Shown: piece by piece, positions 53,663 through 61,188 of the stretch
Layout: every line of letters starts with the position of its first letter
How positions within the stretch are numbered: position 1 is the stretch's first letter
From: Klebsiella phage vB_KaeM_KaOmega
Sequence record: MN013077.1
Length of the DNA: 64,000 bases
Reading direction: 5' to 3' (one strand)
Translations under genes and position numbers: made by a program
Notes under the pieces: model-generated
The model's input: the letters and a program-made list of their open reading frames with translations, nothing else
Told to the model about the DNA's origin: nothing
Databases searched by the model: none

Positions 53663-54026
53663 TCTATAACCCTCATACGGTTGTCTCGTTTCGATGTGTG
53701 CATTCTATGATCCAATGATCCTCTTGTCAATACTTTAAATTTAAAATTTTTCATGTAAGATCTATATAAAGATCCTAAAGATCAATAGAAATCTTCTATT
53801 GTTTTCTTGTTTTTAATAATTATTATGAATGAATATGAATAATAATTATAAGATCAATAATTTATGAGTGTAACGAATAAATTATAAGATTAATAAAACC
53901 GTAGCCCGGAGGGCGAGCGTAGCGAGGTTTATAGATTCTATTATTACTTCGTGTGTCTTTCGCGGCTACATGGTTGACAACCGATTTGGTTCGTGAAACA
54001 CTGAGCAGGGTTTCAAAGGAGGGTGT
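53663..54026. promoter_or_regulatory. AT-rich divergent control region with clustered GATC sites and repeated (A)TAAGATCAATA(A/G) motifs
   Basis: seen in sequence; candidate divergent promoters and/or replication origin. Confidence 0.5.
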
Positions 54027-54398
54027 GTGAAGGATTTTGTTGTTCCAGAGGGTTCTTTTGTAAGCCTCCCTACTCTGTGGGGCTTCGACTTGCCTGCCGA
54101 AGACTTCAAGAGGATGTTCTTGTTACATTTCCGATTCAAGTATTTCGCAGAGCAAGCGTTTCAGAGTGGTGAAGATGTAAGGCGCTGTTACTACGAGTCG
54201 CAGGAAACTCTGTGCGGCTTGTTTGGTATGTCTGAAACTTCAAGGTCAAAAGTCAGCAAGTTCCTCAAGCGGATGGAGGAGGCGGGGTATGTCTCAATCA
54301 TTCGTGAGAAAGTAATGCTTTATGGTTCATTCAAACCAAGGCATTACATTGTGGTTAACGACCCTGCACTTTTGAAAAGATATAACCTGGCCCCTTGA
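54027..54398 (+). CDS. winged-helix (HTH) DNA-binding protein (123 aa), GTG start
   Basis: ORF track; AAGGAGG RBS-like sequence; HTH-like LCGLFGMSETSRSKVSKFLKRMEEAGYV. Confidence 0.6.
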   Translation: MKDFVVPEGSFVSLPTLWGFDLPAEDFKRMFLLHFRFKYFAEQAFQSGEDVRRCYYESQETLCGLFGMSETSRSKVSKFLKRMEEAGYVSIIREKVMLYGSFKPRHYIVVNDPALLKRYNLAP

Positions 54399-54416
54399 CG
54401 GGGCCTTTTTCTTTTT
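54388..54416 (+). terminator. rho-independent terminator GGCCCCTTGACGGGGCC + TTTTTCTTTTT
   Basis: seen in sequence. Confidence 0.75.
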
Positions 54417-54452
54417 GTAATATCGCTGTACTTTAACTGAGAGGAGAGAAAT

Positions 54453-55343
54453 ATGATTCGTGCGTATCTTGGCGGAAGCCAACTGGATGTCGAATTTGGA
54501 ACATTCGCCGGGGGTGAGCGTAGCGTCCGCATCAACGGTTATATGCTGACAAGCCCATTCAACCCTGACCTGAAAGAGAACATCCCTGAAGGTAAAGACC
54601 TGGTGGTTTATGCTCACGTTGATAGTTCAGATGCCATCATGGATCTGCTTCTGTTTACAGATGCATTCAACCGCTTGGGCCGTGGTACGGGCCACTTGGT
54701 TAAAAAGGTGTGCTGCCTTCCGTACATTCCGTATGCCCGACAAGACCGGGTAATGGTCCCTGGCGAACCGCTGTCTGCCGAGGTGTTTGGCAGAATCATC
54801 GGCCTATGCGCCTTTGACCGTATCATTGTGGATGACCCACACTCGGATGTGTCTCCTTCACACATCAAAAACGTCTCCATCTTCGAACAATATGAACTGG
54901 CGTTGGATATTCTCGGCCCAGGGTTCTTTGATGATGCCGTTATCGTAGCGCCGGATGCCGGGGCGATTAAGAAGGTTACCAAACTGGCGAAGAAGGTTAA
55001 TCACCGACACATCGGTGTGGGAACTAAGCATCGTGATCTTGTGACCAACAATATCACTGATACAACTTACGCAGGGCCGGATGTTAATGGTAAGCGTGTC
55101 ATCATGGTGGATGACATCTGCGATGGTGGTCGAACCTTTATCGAACTCGGGAAGGTGCTCCGTGCCAATGGTGCCAAAGAGGTGATTCTTTACACCACCC
55201 ACGGCATTTACTCCTACGGCGCGGATGTGTTCCGTGATGTTATCGACGAAGTTTATTCCGCTTACCCGTGGATGAAGAACCTCGAAGGACGAAACGAAAA
55301 TAATATTTTCAAATCGGTTGACAAGATGGTCGAGTTCAAGTAA
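54453..55343 (+). CDS. ribose-phosphate pyrophosphokinase (Prs) homolog; candidate ADP-ribose pyrophosphokinase (Adps-like)
   Basis: IPYARQDR, PRPP-binding loop RVIMVDDICDGGRT and THGIYS motifs; RBS-like sequence GAGAGGAGAGAAATATG. Confidence 0.8.
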   Translation: MIRAYLGGSQLDVEFGTFAGGERSVRINGYMLTSPFNPDLKENIPEGKDLVVYAHVDSSDAIMDLLLFTDAFNRLGRGTGHLVKKVCCLPYIPYARQDRVMVPGEPLSAEVFGRIIGLCAFDRIIVDDPHSDVSPSHIKNVSIFEQYELALDILGPGFFDDAVIVAPDAGAIKKVTKLAKKVNHRHIGVGTKHRDLVTNNITDTTYAGPDVNGKRVIMVDDICDGGRTFIELGKVLRANGAKEVILYTTHGIYSYGADVFRDVIDEVYSAYPWMKNLEGRNENNIFKSVDKMVEFK

Positions 55344-55394
55344 TATTCACAACGTTCCGGGGCAATGTGCCCCGATTTCACTGAGGAGATTTAT

Positions 55395-57185
55395 ATGTTA
55401 CATAATGACCTGCCTATTCTGTTTGCTGACTGGTACAAGCCGAGCCACATTTCCATGTACAGCAAAAAGTCTGAGATCGTACAGGACAACCTGACACCAC
55501 GCTCAAGCAAACACTTCCAGCACTTCTCTGACAGTGACCAGCGTGTTATGTCTGCGGGCCTGCAAGGCTTTATTAAGTGGTTCCTGATCGAACACTTCAA
55601 CCGCGAGTTCTTCGGTCGTCCGAAAGAAGAAGTTATCGGCGAGTTCAAAGAAATCTGTGACTTGGCTATCGGCCCGGACATGGTTGAAACGTGGGGCTTT
55701 GAAAAGCTGCACGATCTTGGATATCTGCCTGTTGAAATCCGCGCCCTGCCGGAAGGTACACTTTCTCCGGTACAAGTGCCGCTGTTCACCATTCAGAACA
55801 CGCACCCGGACTTCTACTGGCTTCCTAACTATCTGGAGTCAGTGATCTCCTCCGAAAACTGGAAAACCGTAACCACGGCAACCATTTTCTGGCAGTATCG
55901 TAAGCTGGCTGAACTGTGGGCGCAGAAAACCTGTGACAGCAACCTGCACGTTCCATACCAGATTCACTGTTTCGCTTATCGTGGTCAGGCTGGTACTCAC
56001 GATGCGGCACAGTCTGAACTGGGCCAACTGATGAACTCTCAGGGCACCGATACCATTCCGGCGATCCTGTATGCAAACCGTTATTACGGTATGAAGGGTA
56101 AGTTCGTTTCCGGCTCCATCCCGGCATCCGAGCACAGTGTTGCAACAACGAACATCGGCTTCATCATCGGACGCCTTCGTTCTGAGCATCCTGAAATGTC
56201 GCTGGATGACCTGCGTTTCCACGCAGAGGTCGAGTTCCTGCGCCGTTACATCACTGAAATCTTCCCGAAAGGTTTCGTGTCATACGTCGGCGACAGCTAC
56301 GACTGGTTCCGTCTGATTACAGAGGGTGTTCGCATCCTGAAAGACGAAATCATGGCCCGTGACGGTCGTGTAGTATTCCGTCCGGACTCCGGCGTACCGG
56401 AAGACATCATCTGCGGAACACTCGACTGGCGCAAGATCGAAGATTTGGATGAAGCAGGGACTCTGGAACGTGCTGCTGAGTGGGCACTGGAAAGCGCCGA
56501 AGAGGAAGTTCGCCAGGACACCCCGCACGGTGAATGTGGCGATGAGACCGTTGAACGTTACTTCCTGTTCGATGGTGACCTGTACCTTATGAAGGGTGAG
56601 CTTGACTGGAACCGTTATGACAAGCAGTATTACTACATCGACGGCAGTCGTGTTCTGTCTTACGAAAAAGCGGAACTGACCAACGAGCAGAAAGGCTCTG
56701 TTGAACTGCTGTACGATGTGTTCGGTGGCGACCTGAACTCCAAAGGCTATCGCACCCTGGATACTCACGTCGGCCTGATTTACGGTGACTCCATCACCGT
56801 GGCCCGTGCGAAAGAGATCTTCGAGCGCCTTGAAGCAAAAGGCTTTGCATCGAACAACGTTGTGTTCGGTGTTGGTTCCTTCACTACCCAGTTCAACACC
56901 CGCGATTCTCTGGGTCAGGCCGTGAAGGCAACTGGTGCGGTTATTGACGGTCAGCAAATCATGGTCGTCAAAGAGCCTAAGACCGACCTCGGCAAGAAGT
57001 CTGCACAGGGCTTCCTGAAGGTTGTTCGTGGCGAGGATGGCGAACTGAAGCTGGTTGATAACCTGCAACTTGAACAGGTTAACGACGCCGACAACGAACT
57101 GCGTGTGGTGTTCCGCGACGGTAAACTGCTGGTAGACGAAACACTGACTGAGATCCGTGAACGTGTTACCGCAAATCTGAAATAA
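55395..57185 (+). CDS. nadV: nicotinamide phosphoribosyltransferase (NAMPT/NadV) homolog; candidate Namat-like enzyme (596 aa)
   Basis: ORF track 55365..57185; ATG at 55395 with GAGGAG RBS-like sequence; NAMPT-family sequence throughout and about 100 aa longer than typical NadV. Confidence 0.8.
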   Translation: MLHNDLPILFADWYKPSHISMYSKKSEIVQDNLTPRSSKHFQHFSDSDQRVMSAGLQGFIKWFLIEHFNREFFGRPKEEVIGEFKEICDLAIGPDMVETWGFEKLHDLGYLPVEIRALPEGTLSPVQVPLFTIQNTHPDFYWLPNYLESVISSENWKTVTTATIFWQYRKLAELWAQKTCDSNLHVPYQIHCFAYRGQAGTHDAAQSELGQLMNSQGTDTIPAILYANRYYGMKGKFVSGSIPASEHSVATTNIGFIIGRLRSEHPEMSLDDLRFHAEVEFLRRYITEIFPKGFVSYVGDSYDWFRLITEGVRILKDEIMARDGRVVFRPDSGVPEDIICGTLDWRKIEDLDEAGTLERAAEWALESAEEEVRQDTPHGECGDETVERYFLFDGDLYLMKGELDWNRYDKQYYYIDGSRVLSYEKAELTNEQKGSVELLYDVFGGDLNSKGYRTLDTHVGLIYGDSITVARAKEIFERLEAKGFASNNVVFGVGSFTTQFNTRDSLGQAVKATGAVIDGQQIMVVKEPKTDLGKKSAQGFLKVVRGEDGELKLVDNLQLEQVNDADNELRVVFRDGKLLVDETLTEIRERVTANLK

Positions 57186-57189
57186 TATT

Positions 57190-57216
57190 AGCCGCCCTTC
57201 GGGGCGGTTTTCTTCT
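57190..57216 (+). terminator. terminator CCGCCCTTCGGGGCGG + TTTTCTTCTCTC
   Basis: seen in sequence. Confidence 0.7.
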
Positions 57217-57230
57217 CTCAGGAGGATAGA

Positions 57231-57422
57231 ATGAGAAATCCTGTGGCTCGTAATGACTACAATCGCGCAGCAACGCACCCAGATCGCTCTAAGCGGCCTC
57301 AAAAGACGGTAGACGAGGGTTTGCTCGACTACTTTGCAGAAAACGCTGAGAACGTCGCATACAGCGAATATGAACGTGCCTCCACAAACGCCCCCGGCGC
57401 TCCCCTTCCACCCGGGCGTTGA
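57231..57422 (+). CDS. hypothetical protein (63 aa)
   Basis: ORF track; CAGGAGGATAGAATG. Confidence 0.55.
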   Translation: MRNPVARNDYNRAATHPDRSKRPQKTVDEGLLDYFAENAENVAYSEYERASTNAPGAPLPPGR

Positions 57423-57447
57423 CTATCATTAAGTCCTCCAGTAAAAT
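57419..57447 (+). promoter_or_regulatory. promoter TTGACT-N17-TAAAAT
   Basis: seen in sequence. Confidence 0.5.
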
Positions 57448-57481
57448 GACCATATCACTTGATTAACTTACTGTTGGACTT

Positions 57482-57733
57482 ATGAATCCCTATAAACTCA
57501 CTCTCAGCTTTATCACCCCTGATTACACTTCTGAAGAACATTGTGAGCATTACCCCACCCTTCAAGACGCTCTCGATGACGCCGACGATTTAGCTTTCAG
57601 TACCGTCGGATTCCCTCTTGAGGATTGGCAAAATGTTGACTTTGGTGAAGGTAATCACCTATACTCGTTTTACCCGAATGAGGTTGATAAAACCTCTCGC
57701 TATAAGCTGGCAATCCTGAAGGAGGAAGTTTGA
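57482..57733 (+). CDS. hypothetical acidic protein (83 aa)
   Basis: ORF track. Confidence 0.5.
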   Translation: MNPYKLTLSFITPDYTSEEHCEHYPTLQDALDDADDLAFSTVGFPLEDWQNVDFGEGNHLYSFYPNEVDKTSRYKLAILKEEV

Positions 57734-57966
57734 GAAAGTTTCAGTACCTTGTAACAATCGACCTTGATGATAAACATCTTGAGGATCTGATCAGGAAGGA
57801 CCCAAGCCTTCTGGAAGGTGAAGTGTTCAAAGATGTGACTCCGGAAACATTCGTGTCTTTCATCGCAACAGGTATTCCGGCAGCTATGGATATCTCCTTG
57901 AAGGAAGGTCTTGGCGACACTGGCAACAGTAAAGTCAGAACAATTTTTGCAGGAGAGTGCCGATGA
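57730..57966 (+). CDS. hypothetical protein (78 aa), TTG start, uncertain
   Basis: ORF track; no ATG available; GGAGGAAG lies immediately upstream. Confidence 0.35.
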   Translation: MRKFQYLVTIDLDDKHLEDLIRKDPSLLEGEVFKDVTPETFVSFIATGIPAAMDISLKEGLGDTGNSKVRTIFAGECR

Positions 57967-58190
57967 AACAGGTCATTGAAGTGAAAATCACGGCGACGTT
58001 TGATTACGACAATCCAGAGCTTCTGGAACTGCTGAAGGCCAAGATGGTTGACACGGGCATGACTGCCGATCAGATCCGCGCCCAAGCCAAGTCAGAAATC
58101 TTCGCTGGGTTCAAAGAACTCATTGATGATGACATGCGGGGAGAGAAACTTCCCGGATTTACTTACACAGTGGAGGATATTTCAGTATGA
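57963..58190 (+). CDS. hypothetical protein (75 aa)
   Basis: ORF track 57957..58190; ATG at 57963 with GGAGAG RBS-like sequence. Confidence 0.55.
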   Translation: MKQVIEVKITATFDYDNPELLELLKAKMVDTGMTADQIRAQAKSEIFAGFKELIDDDMRGEKLPGFTYTVEDISV

Positions 58191-58279
58191 ACAGCACAGA
58201 ATTGGTGATTGGTTATGGCGAAGGAATCCGCAGTGCGGAAGACGTAGATGTTTTCTCAGAGGAGAACTGGAATGTTTGA
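58187..58279 (+). CDS. possible 30-aa acidic micro-protein MNSTELVIGYGEGIRSAEDVDVFSEENWNV
   Basis: manual ORF; ATGA-coupled; paralogous to the next micro-ORF. Confidence 0.3.
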   Translation: MNSTELVIGYGEGIRSAEDVDVFSEENWNV

Positions 58280-58363
58280 TGAGTTTGATGGCTTTGTAGG
58301 CTGGGGTGAAGGCATATCTTCTGAAGAGGACTGGGGAGTTTTCGATGAGCGCCCGGACCTTTA
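58271..58363 (+). CDS. possible 30-aa acidic micro-protein MFDEFDGFVGWGEGISSEEDWGVFDERPDL
   Basis: manual ORF; tandem duplicate of the previous one. Confidence 0.3.
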
Positions 58364-58515
58364 ATCACCTGCCGGGGGCGGATGACCCCCGGAACCACGA
58401 ATACAAGGGTTACATTTGCCTTTGTTTTGTGTGCGGAAACAAATATCTTGGTCCAAAACGCTCGGTTATGTGCAATCTTTGTGCAAACGGTAAAAAGCCT
58501 GTTGACAAAGAGTAG
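58345..58515 (+). CDS. Cys-rich small protein (56 aa; CLCFVCGNK...CNLCANG)
   Basis: ORF track 58306..58515; ATG at 58345 with GGGGAG RBS-like sequence. Confidence 0.45.
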   Translation: MSARTFNHLPGADDPRNHEYKGYICLCFVCGNKYLGPKRSVMCNLCANGKKPVDKE

Positions 58516-58772
58516 GGCTACAGGTAATCTGAATATGTCCCGAACGAGATGACAATCAAGTAGGTGGATGGATAAGTCAACCCGGTCTGTTAAACGACCA
58601 AAGTGCCATTGCGGTTCGGGTTGAGTTCAGCCGGATAAACAGCGGCTCCATCGACGACCTCTGGAATAGCGACGGTTGCTTCAGGCCCTCGGGCCACCCG
58701 TAACGTGAAACATGTTTTTGCTGGACGAGAAGGGGAAGTCAACCCCACGGGCATACGTCCTCTGCCCATCTT

Positions 58773-58848
58773 GCTGGATTAGCTCAGAAGGTAGAGCGCC
58801 TCACTTGTAATGAGGATGTCGCGGGTTCGAATCCTGCATCCAGCACCA
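58773..58848 (+). tRNA. tRNA-Thr (anticodon TGT)
   Basis: hand-folded cloverleaf; TAGCTCAGAAGGTAGAGC D-arm; GGTTCGAATCC T-loop; encoded CCA. Confidence 0.8.
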
Positions 58849-58854
58849 GATCAT

Positions 58855-58931
58855 GCAACGTTGCCGGAGTCTGGTAACGGCTCTCGCTGCAAACGAGATG
58901 AGCACTGGTTCGAATCCAGTACGTTGCTCCA
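58855..58931 (+). tRNA. tRNA-Cys (anticodon GCA)
   Basis: acceptor GCAACGT/ACGTTGC; anticodon loop CTGCAAA; T-loop GGTTCGAATCC; CCA. Confidence 0.7.
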
Positions 58932-58932
58932 A

Positions 58933-59009
58933 GCGTCTTTGGTCCAATTGGTAGAGGCACTACACTCAAAATGTAGGGGTTCCCAGTTCGAATCTGGGAA
59001 GGCGCACCA
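58933..59009 (+). tRNA. tRNA with anticodon loop CTCAAAA (reads as CAA) but type-I, Trp-like body; isotype uncertain
   Basis: acceptor GCGTCTT/AAGGCGC; D-arm CCAATTGGTAGAGG; perfect T-arm; CCA. Confidence 0.55.
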
Positions 59010-59015
59010 CACATT

Positions 59016-59138
59016 GGCGACTGAGGTTGAGGAGAAATGGGAATCGCTCAGGCATGAGTAGACCATCTATCCAATAGGGCACTTCGCTCCCGGGTTGATC
59101 GCCGGGCTGTTCGGGTTCGAATCCTGGGGTCGCTGCCA
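59016..59138 (+). tRNA. atypically long tRNA-like element (123 nt): tRNA 3' half (GGTTCGAATCC, acceptor GGTCGCT-G-CCA) pairing with 5' GGCGACT across an extra insertion of about 45 nt
   Basis: hand-folded; the length does not fit a canonical tRNA. Confidence 0.35.
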
Positions 59139-59154
59139 ATTTTCATGTAACCTA

Positions 59155-59183
59155 TTGACATAGTGTAATTATGCTGCTAAGAT
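59155..59183 (+). promoter_or_regulatory. promoter TTGACA-N17-TAAGAT inside the tRNA region
   Basis: seen in sequence. Confidence 0.5.
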
Positions 59184-59209
59184 GAATACACTAACTCAAT
59201 GGGGGCATT

Positions 59210-59584
59210 ATGAGCAAGGCTGCGATTGTAACTCGTAAGCGTGGTCGCCCAAGCAAAGAAGAGAGCACAGCAATTGCCCTTGAAAAGGCAATGCTTGATC
59301 TCCGAGGCGAATTGGCCCGTCTGACGCCGAAGGCCATTACTACTCTCGAAAACCTGCTCACAACGGGTACAGAGAAGGTGAAGGAAACCACGGCGAAGTA
59401 TATCCTTGAGCAGGCTAAAGAGGTTAACAACCTCTACACTGAAGAGGATAACGAAGACGACGCAGCAGGCGGCACAACATCTGCCTCTTCTGAAACTCAC
59501 GCTGGTTCTTCTGACGAGATGAAAAATGCCATCCCGTTGACTACCCAGATTCGTGAGTATAAAGTAGTAGGTGAAGATGATTAA
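59210..59584 (+). CDS. hypothetical DNA-binding-like protein (124 aa; N-terminal RKRGRPSK AT-hook-like, acidic C-terminus)
   Basis: ORF track; GGGGG RBS-like sequence. Confidence 0.6.
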   Translation: MSKAAIVTRKRGRPSKEESTAIALEKAMLDLRGELARLTPKAITTLENLLTTGTEKVKETTAKYILEQAKEVNNLYTEEDNEDDAAGGTTSASSETHAGSSDEMKNAIPLTTQIREYKVVGEDD

Positions 59585-59587
59585 TTG

Positions 59588-59614
59588 GAAGGCTCCCGAA
59601 GGAGCCTTTATTAG
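59588..59614 (+). terminator. hairpin AGGCTCCCGAAGGAGCCT + TTATT (weak terminator)
   Basis: seen in sequence. Confidence 0.5.
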
Positions 59615-59749
59615 AAGTTCTCTTTTGACGGGCACTTGTTAACGACCCGCAGCATGGCGTCGGTGTACAACGGCGTTTGATGGCGAGGAAGGTCTATAGG
59701 GATCAGCGCAGATCCTTGGATATCAGGTGAGCCGTACAAAAGAGAATTT

Positions 59750-59837
59750 GGGGAGTTATTTCCGTAGAGGTAGCGGTGCAGACTGTAAATCTGTTGTCAT
59801 TGCGACTCGGGTGGTTCGACTCCATCACTCCCCACCA
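59750..59837 (+). tRNA. tRNA-Tyr (anticodon GTA), type II
   Basis: anticodon loop CTGTAAA; long variable arm; T-loop GGTTCGACTCC; CCA. Confidence 0.8.
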
Positions 59838-59843
59838 AATTTT

Positions 59844-59938
59844 AGTAGGATGGCTGAGTGGCTTAAAGCAGCATCTTGGAAAGGTGTCGGTCGCAGTGAC
59901 CCTGCGGCCCGGGAGTTCAAATCTCCCTCCTACTGCCA
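59844..59938 (+). tRNA. tRNA-Ser (anticodon GGA), type II
   Basis: anticodon loop TTGGAAA; long variable arm; T-loop GAGTTCAAATCTCCC; CCA. Confidence 0.65.
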
Positions 59939-59942
59939 GATC

Positions 59943-60020
59943 GGATCGTTAGCTCAATTGGTTAGCAGCAAGGCACTTTTAATGCCGAGGTTCGGGGTTC
60001 GAGTCCCTGACGGTCCACCA
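59943..60020 (+). tRNA. tRNA-Lys (anticodon TTT)
   Basis: TAGCTCAATTGGTTAG D-arm; loop CTTTTAA; T-loop GGTTCGAGTCC; CCA. Confidence 0.7.
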
Positions 60021-60180
60021 GAAAGAAGAGGGTCCAAGCTGGTACTGAGTGCGAAAGCATACTCTAAGCCCAGATGGAGGCCACCCTGAAGTCGTCCAAC
60101 TGAAGGTCCCTGGTTGAGTAATACTTCCCCGCCTGTCGGGTACAGTTCTCAGTCACACCTGACGGGGCGCACCCAATTAT

Positions 60181-60256
60181 TGGTCTTTCGTATAATCGGT
60201 TATTACGGCGGACTGTTAATCCGTTTATCCGGGTTCGAGTCCCGGAGGACCAGCCA
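60181..60256 (+). tRNA. tRNA-Asn (anticodon GTT)
   Basis: anticodon arm GGCGGACTGTTAATCCG identical to E. coli tRNA-Asn; U1 start; CCA. Confidence 0.85.
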
Positions 60257-60306
60257 AACACTAAGTGTACTTAATCAATAGTCATTTCGATGGCTATTCG
60301 TTAAAA

Positions 60307-60384
60307 GCACCTATCGTCTAATTGGAATAGGACACCGACCTTTCACGTCGGCAAATACGGGTTCGAGTCCCGTTGGGTGTACCA
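60307..60384 (+). tRNA. tRNA-Glu (anticodon TTC)
   Basis: anticodon arm CCGACCTTTCACGTCGG; T-loop GGTTCGAGTCC; CCA. Confidence 0.7.
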
Positions 60385-60390
60385 GTTTTT

Positions 60391-60471
60391 AGGTTGGTAG
60401 ATTAATGGAGTTGTGGAACTCCACCGGGTTCCAACCCCGGCTCCGGGGGTTCGACTCCTCACCTTCCTGCC
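60391..60471 (+). tRNA. atypical tRNA-like element: His-like anticodon arm with an 8-nt loop TTGTGGAA, an extra hairpin CCGGGTTCCAACCCCGG, poor acceptor pairing
   Basis: hand-folded; D-loop GGTTGGTAG and T-loop GGTTCGACTCC present; ends in CCA. Confidence 0.35.
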
Positions 60472-60587
60472 ATCTTTGAGGTGTTACAGTTAAATCCTGT
60501 GTCGGAAGTGCGAATCGCGCGATAGCTGCCAATTGACAACGGGTAAGGCTGTACAGGACTCGGACTCCCATCTCAAAACCAAATTCA

Positions 60588-60663
60588 GGTCCTATGGTAT
60601 CAGCGGTAAACATACTCGCCTGTCACGCGAGAGTCACGGGTTCGAATCCCGTTAGGACCGCCA
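60588..60663 (+). tRNA. tRNA-Asp (anticodon GTC)
   Basis: loop CTGTCAC with stem CTCGC/GCGAG; T-loop GGTTCGAATCC; CCA. Confidence 0.85.
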
Positions 60664-60667
60664 CTTT

Positions 60668-60743
60668 TGGGGATTAGCTCAGTTGGTAGAGCGCTCGACC
60701 GATAATCGAGAGGTCACTGGTTCAAGTCCAGTATCCCCAACCA
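60668..60743 (+). tRNA. tRNA-Ile (anticodon GAT; C at position 33)
   Basis: TAGCTCAGTTGGTAGAGC D-arm; loop CCGATAA; T-loop GGTTCAAGTCC; CCA. Confidence 0.75.
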
Positions 60744-60747
60744 CATA

Positions 60748-60824
60748 CGGTGTGTAGCTCAGTCTGGTAGAGCGATTGCTTTGGGAGCATTAGGTCCGAG
60801 GTTCGAGTCCTCGTACACCGACCA
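60748..60824 (+). tRNA. tRNA-Pro (anticodon TGG)
   Basis: loop TTTGGGA; T-loop GGTTCGAGTCC; 3' end CACCGACCA. Confidence 0.8.
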
Positions 60825-60830
60825 AATTAT

Positions 60831-60905
60831 TGCGAGGTAGTTCAGCGGTAGAACAGGGGTTTCATACGCCTCATGTCGGCAGTTCGATTCTGCCCTTCGC
60901 AACCA
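60831..60905 (+). tRNA. tRNA-Met (anticodon CAT; elongator- or Ile2-type)
   Basis: loop TTCATAC; 1-72 base-paired; T-loop GTTCGATTC; CCA. Confidence 0.7.
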
Positions 60906-60911
60906 AATTAT

Positions 60912-60989
60912 GCTCCAGTAGCCCAATTGGTAGAGGCACTTGATTTAGGATCATGTCAGTGATGAGTTCGAATCTCTCCTGGAGTACCA
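60912..60989 (+). tRNA. tRNA-like gene with weak stems; anticodon loop TTTAGGA (reads TAG) on a type-I body; isotype uncertain, possibly a pseudo-tRNA
   Basis: D-arm CCAATTGGTAGAGG as in the tRNA at 58933; T-stem only 3 bp. Confidence 0.4.
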
Positions 60990-60995
60990 TATAAA

Positions 60996-61072
60996 GCATC
61001 CATAGTGTCAGCGGCCTAACACTCCGTCCTTCCAAGTCGGAACCCTCGGTTCGAATCCGAGTGGATGCTCCA
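60996..61072 (+). tRNA. tRNA-Gly (anticodon TCC)
   Basis: loop CTTCCAA; T-loop GGTTCGAATCC; 3' GCTCCA. Confidence 0.8.
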
Positions 61073-61112
61073 ATTTAATTGCCCGTGGTGATCGGGTTAT
61101 CTCACCCAGTGT

Positions 61113-61188
61113 AGGGGATTAGTTTAATTGGCAAAACAGCGGGTTTTGATCCCGCTAGCGCGAGGTTCGAATCCTCCATCCCCCGCCA
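61113..61188 (+). tRNA. tRNA-Gln (anticodon TTG); A1-C72 unpaired
   Basis: anticodon stem GCGGG/CCCGC with loop TTTTGAT; D-stem GTTT/AAAC; CCA. Confidence 0.75.
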
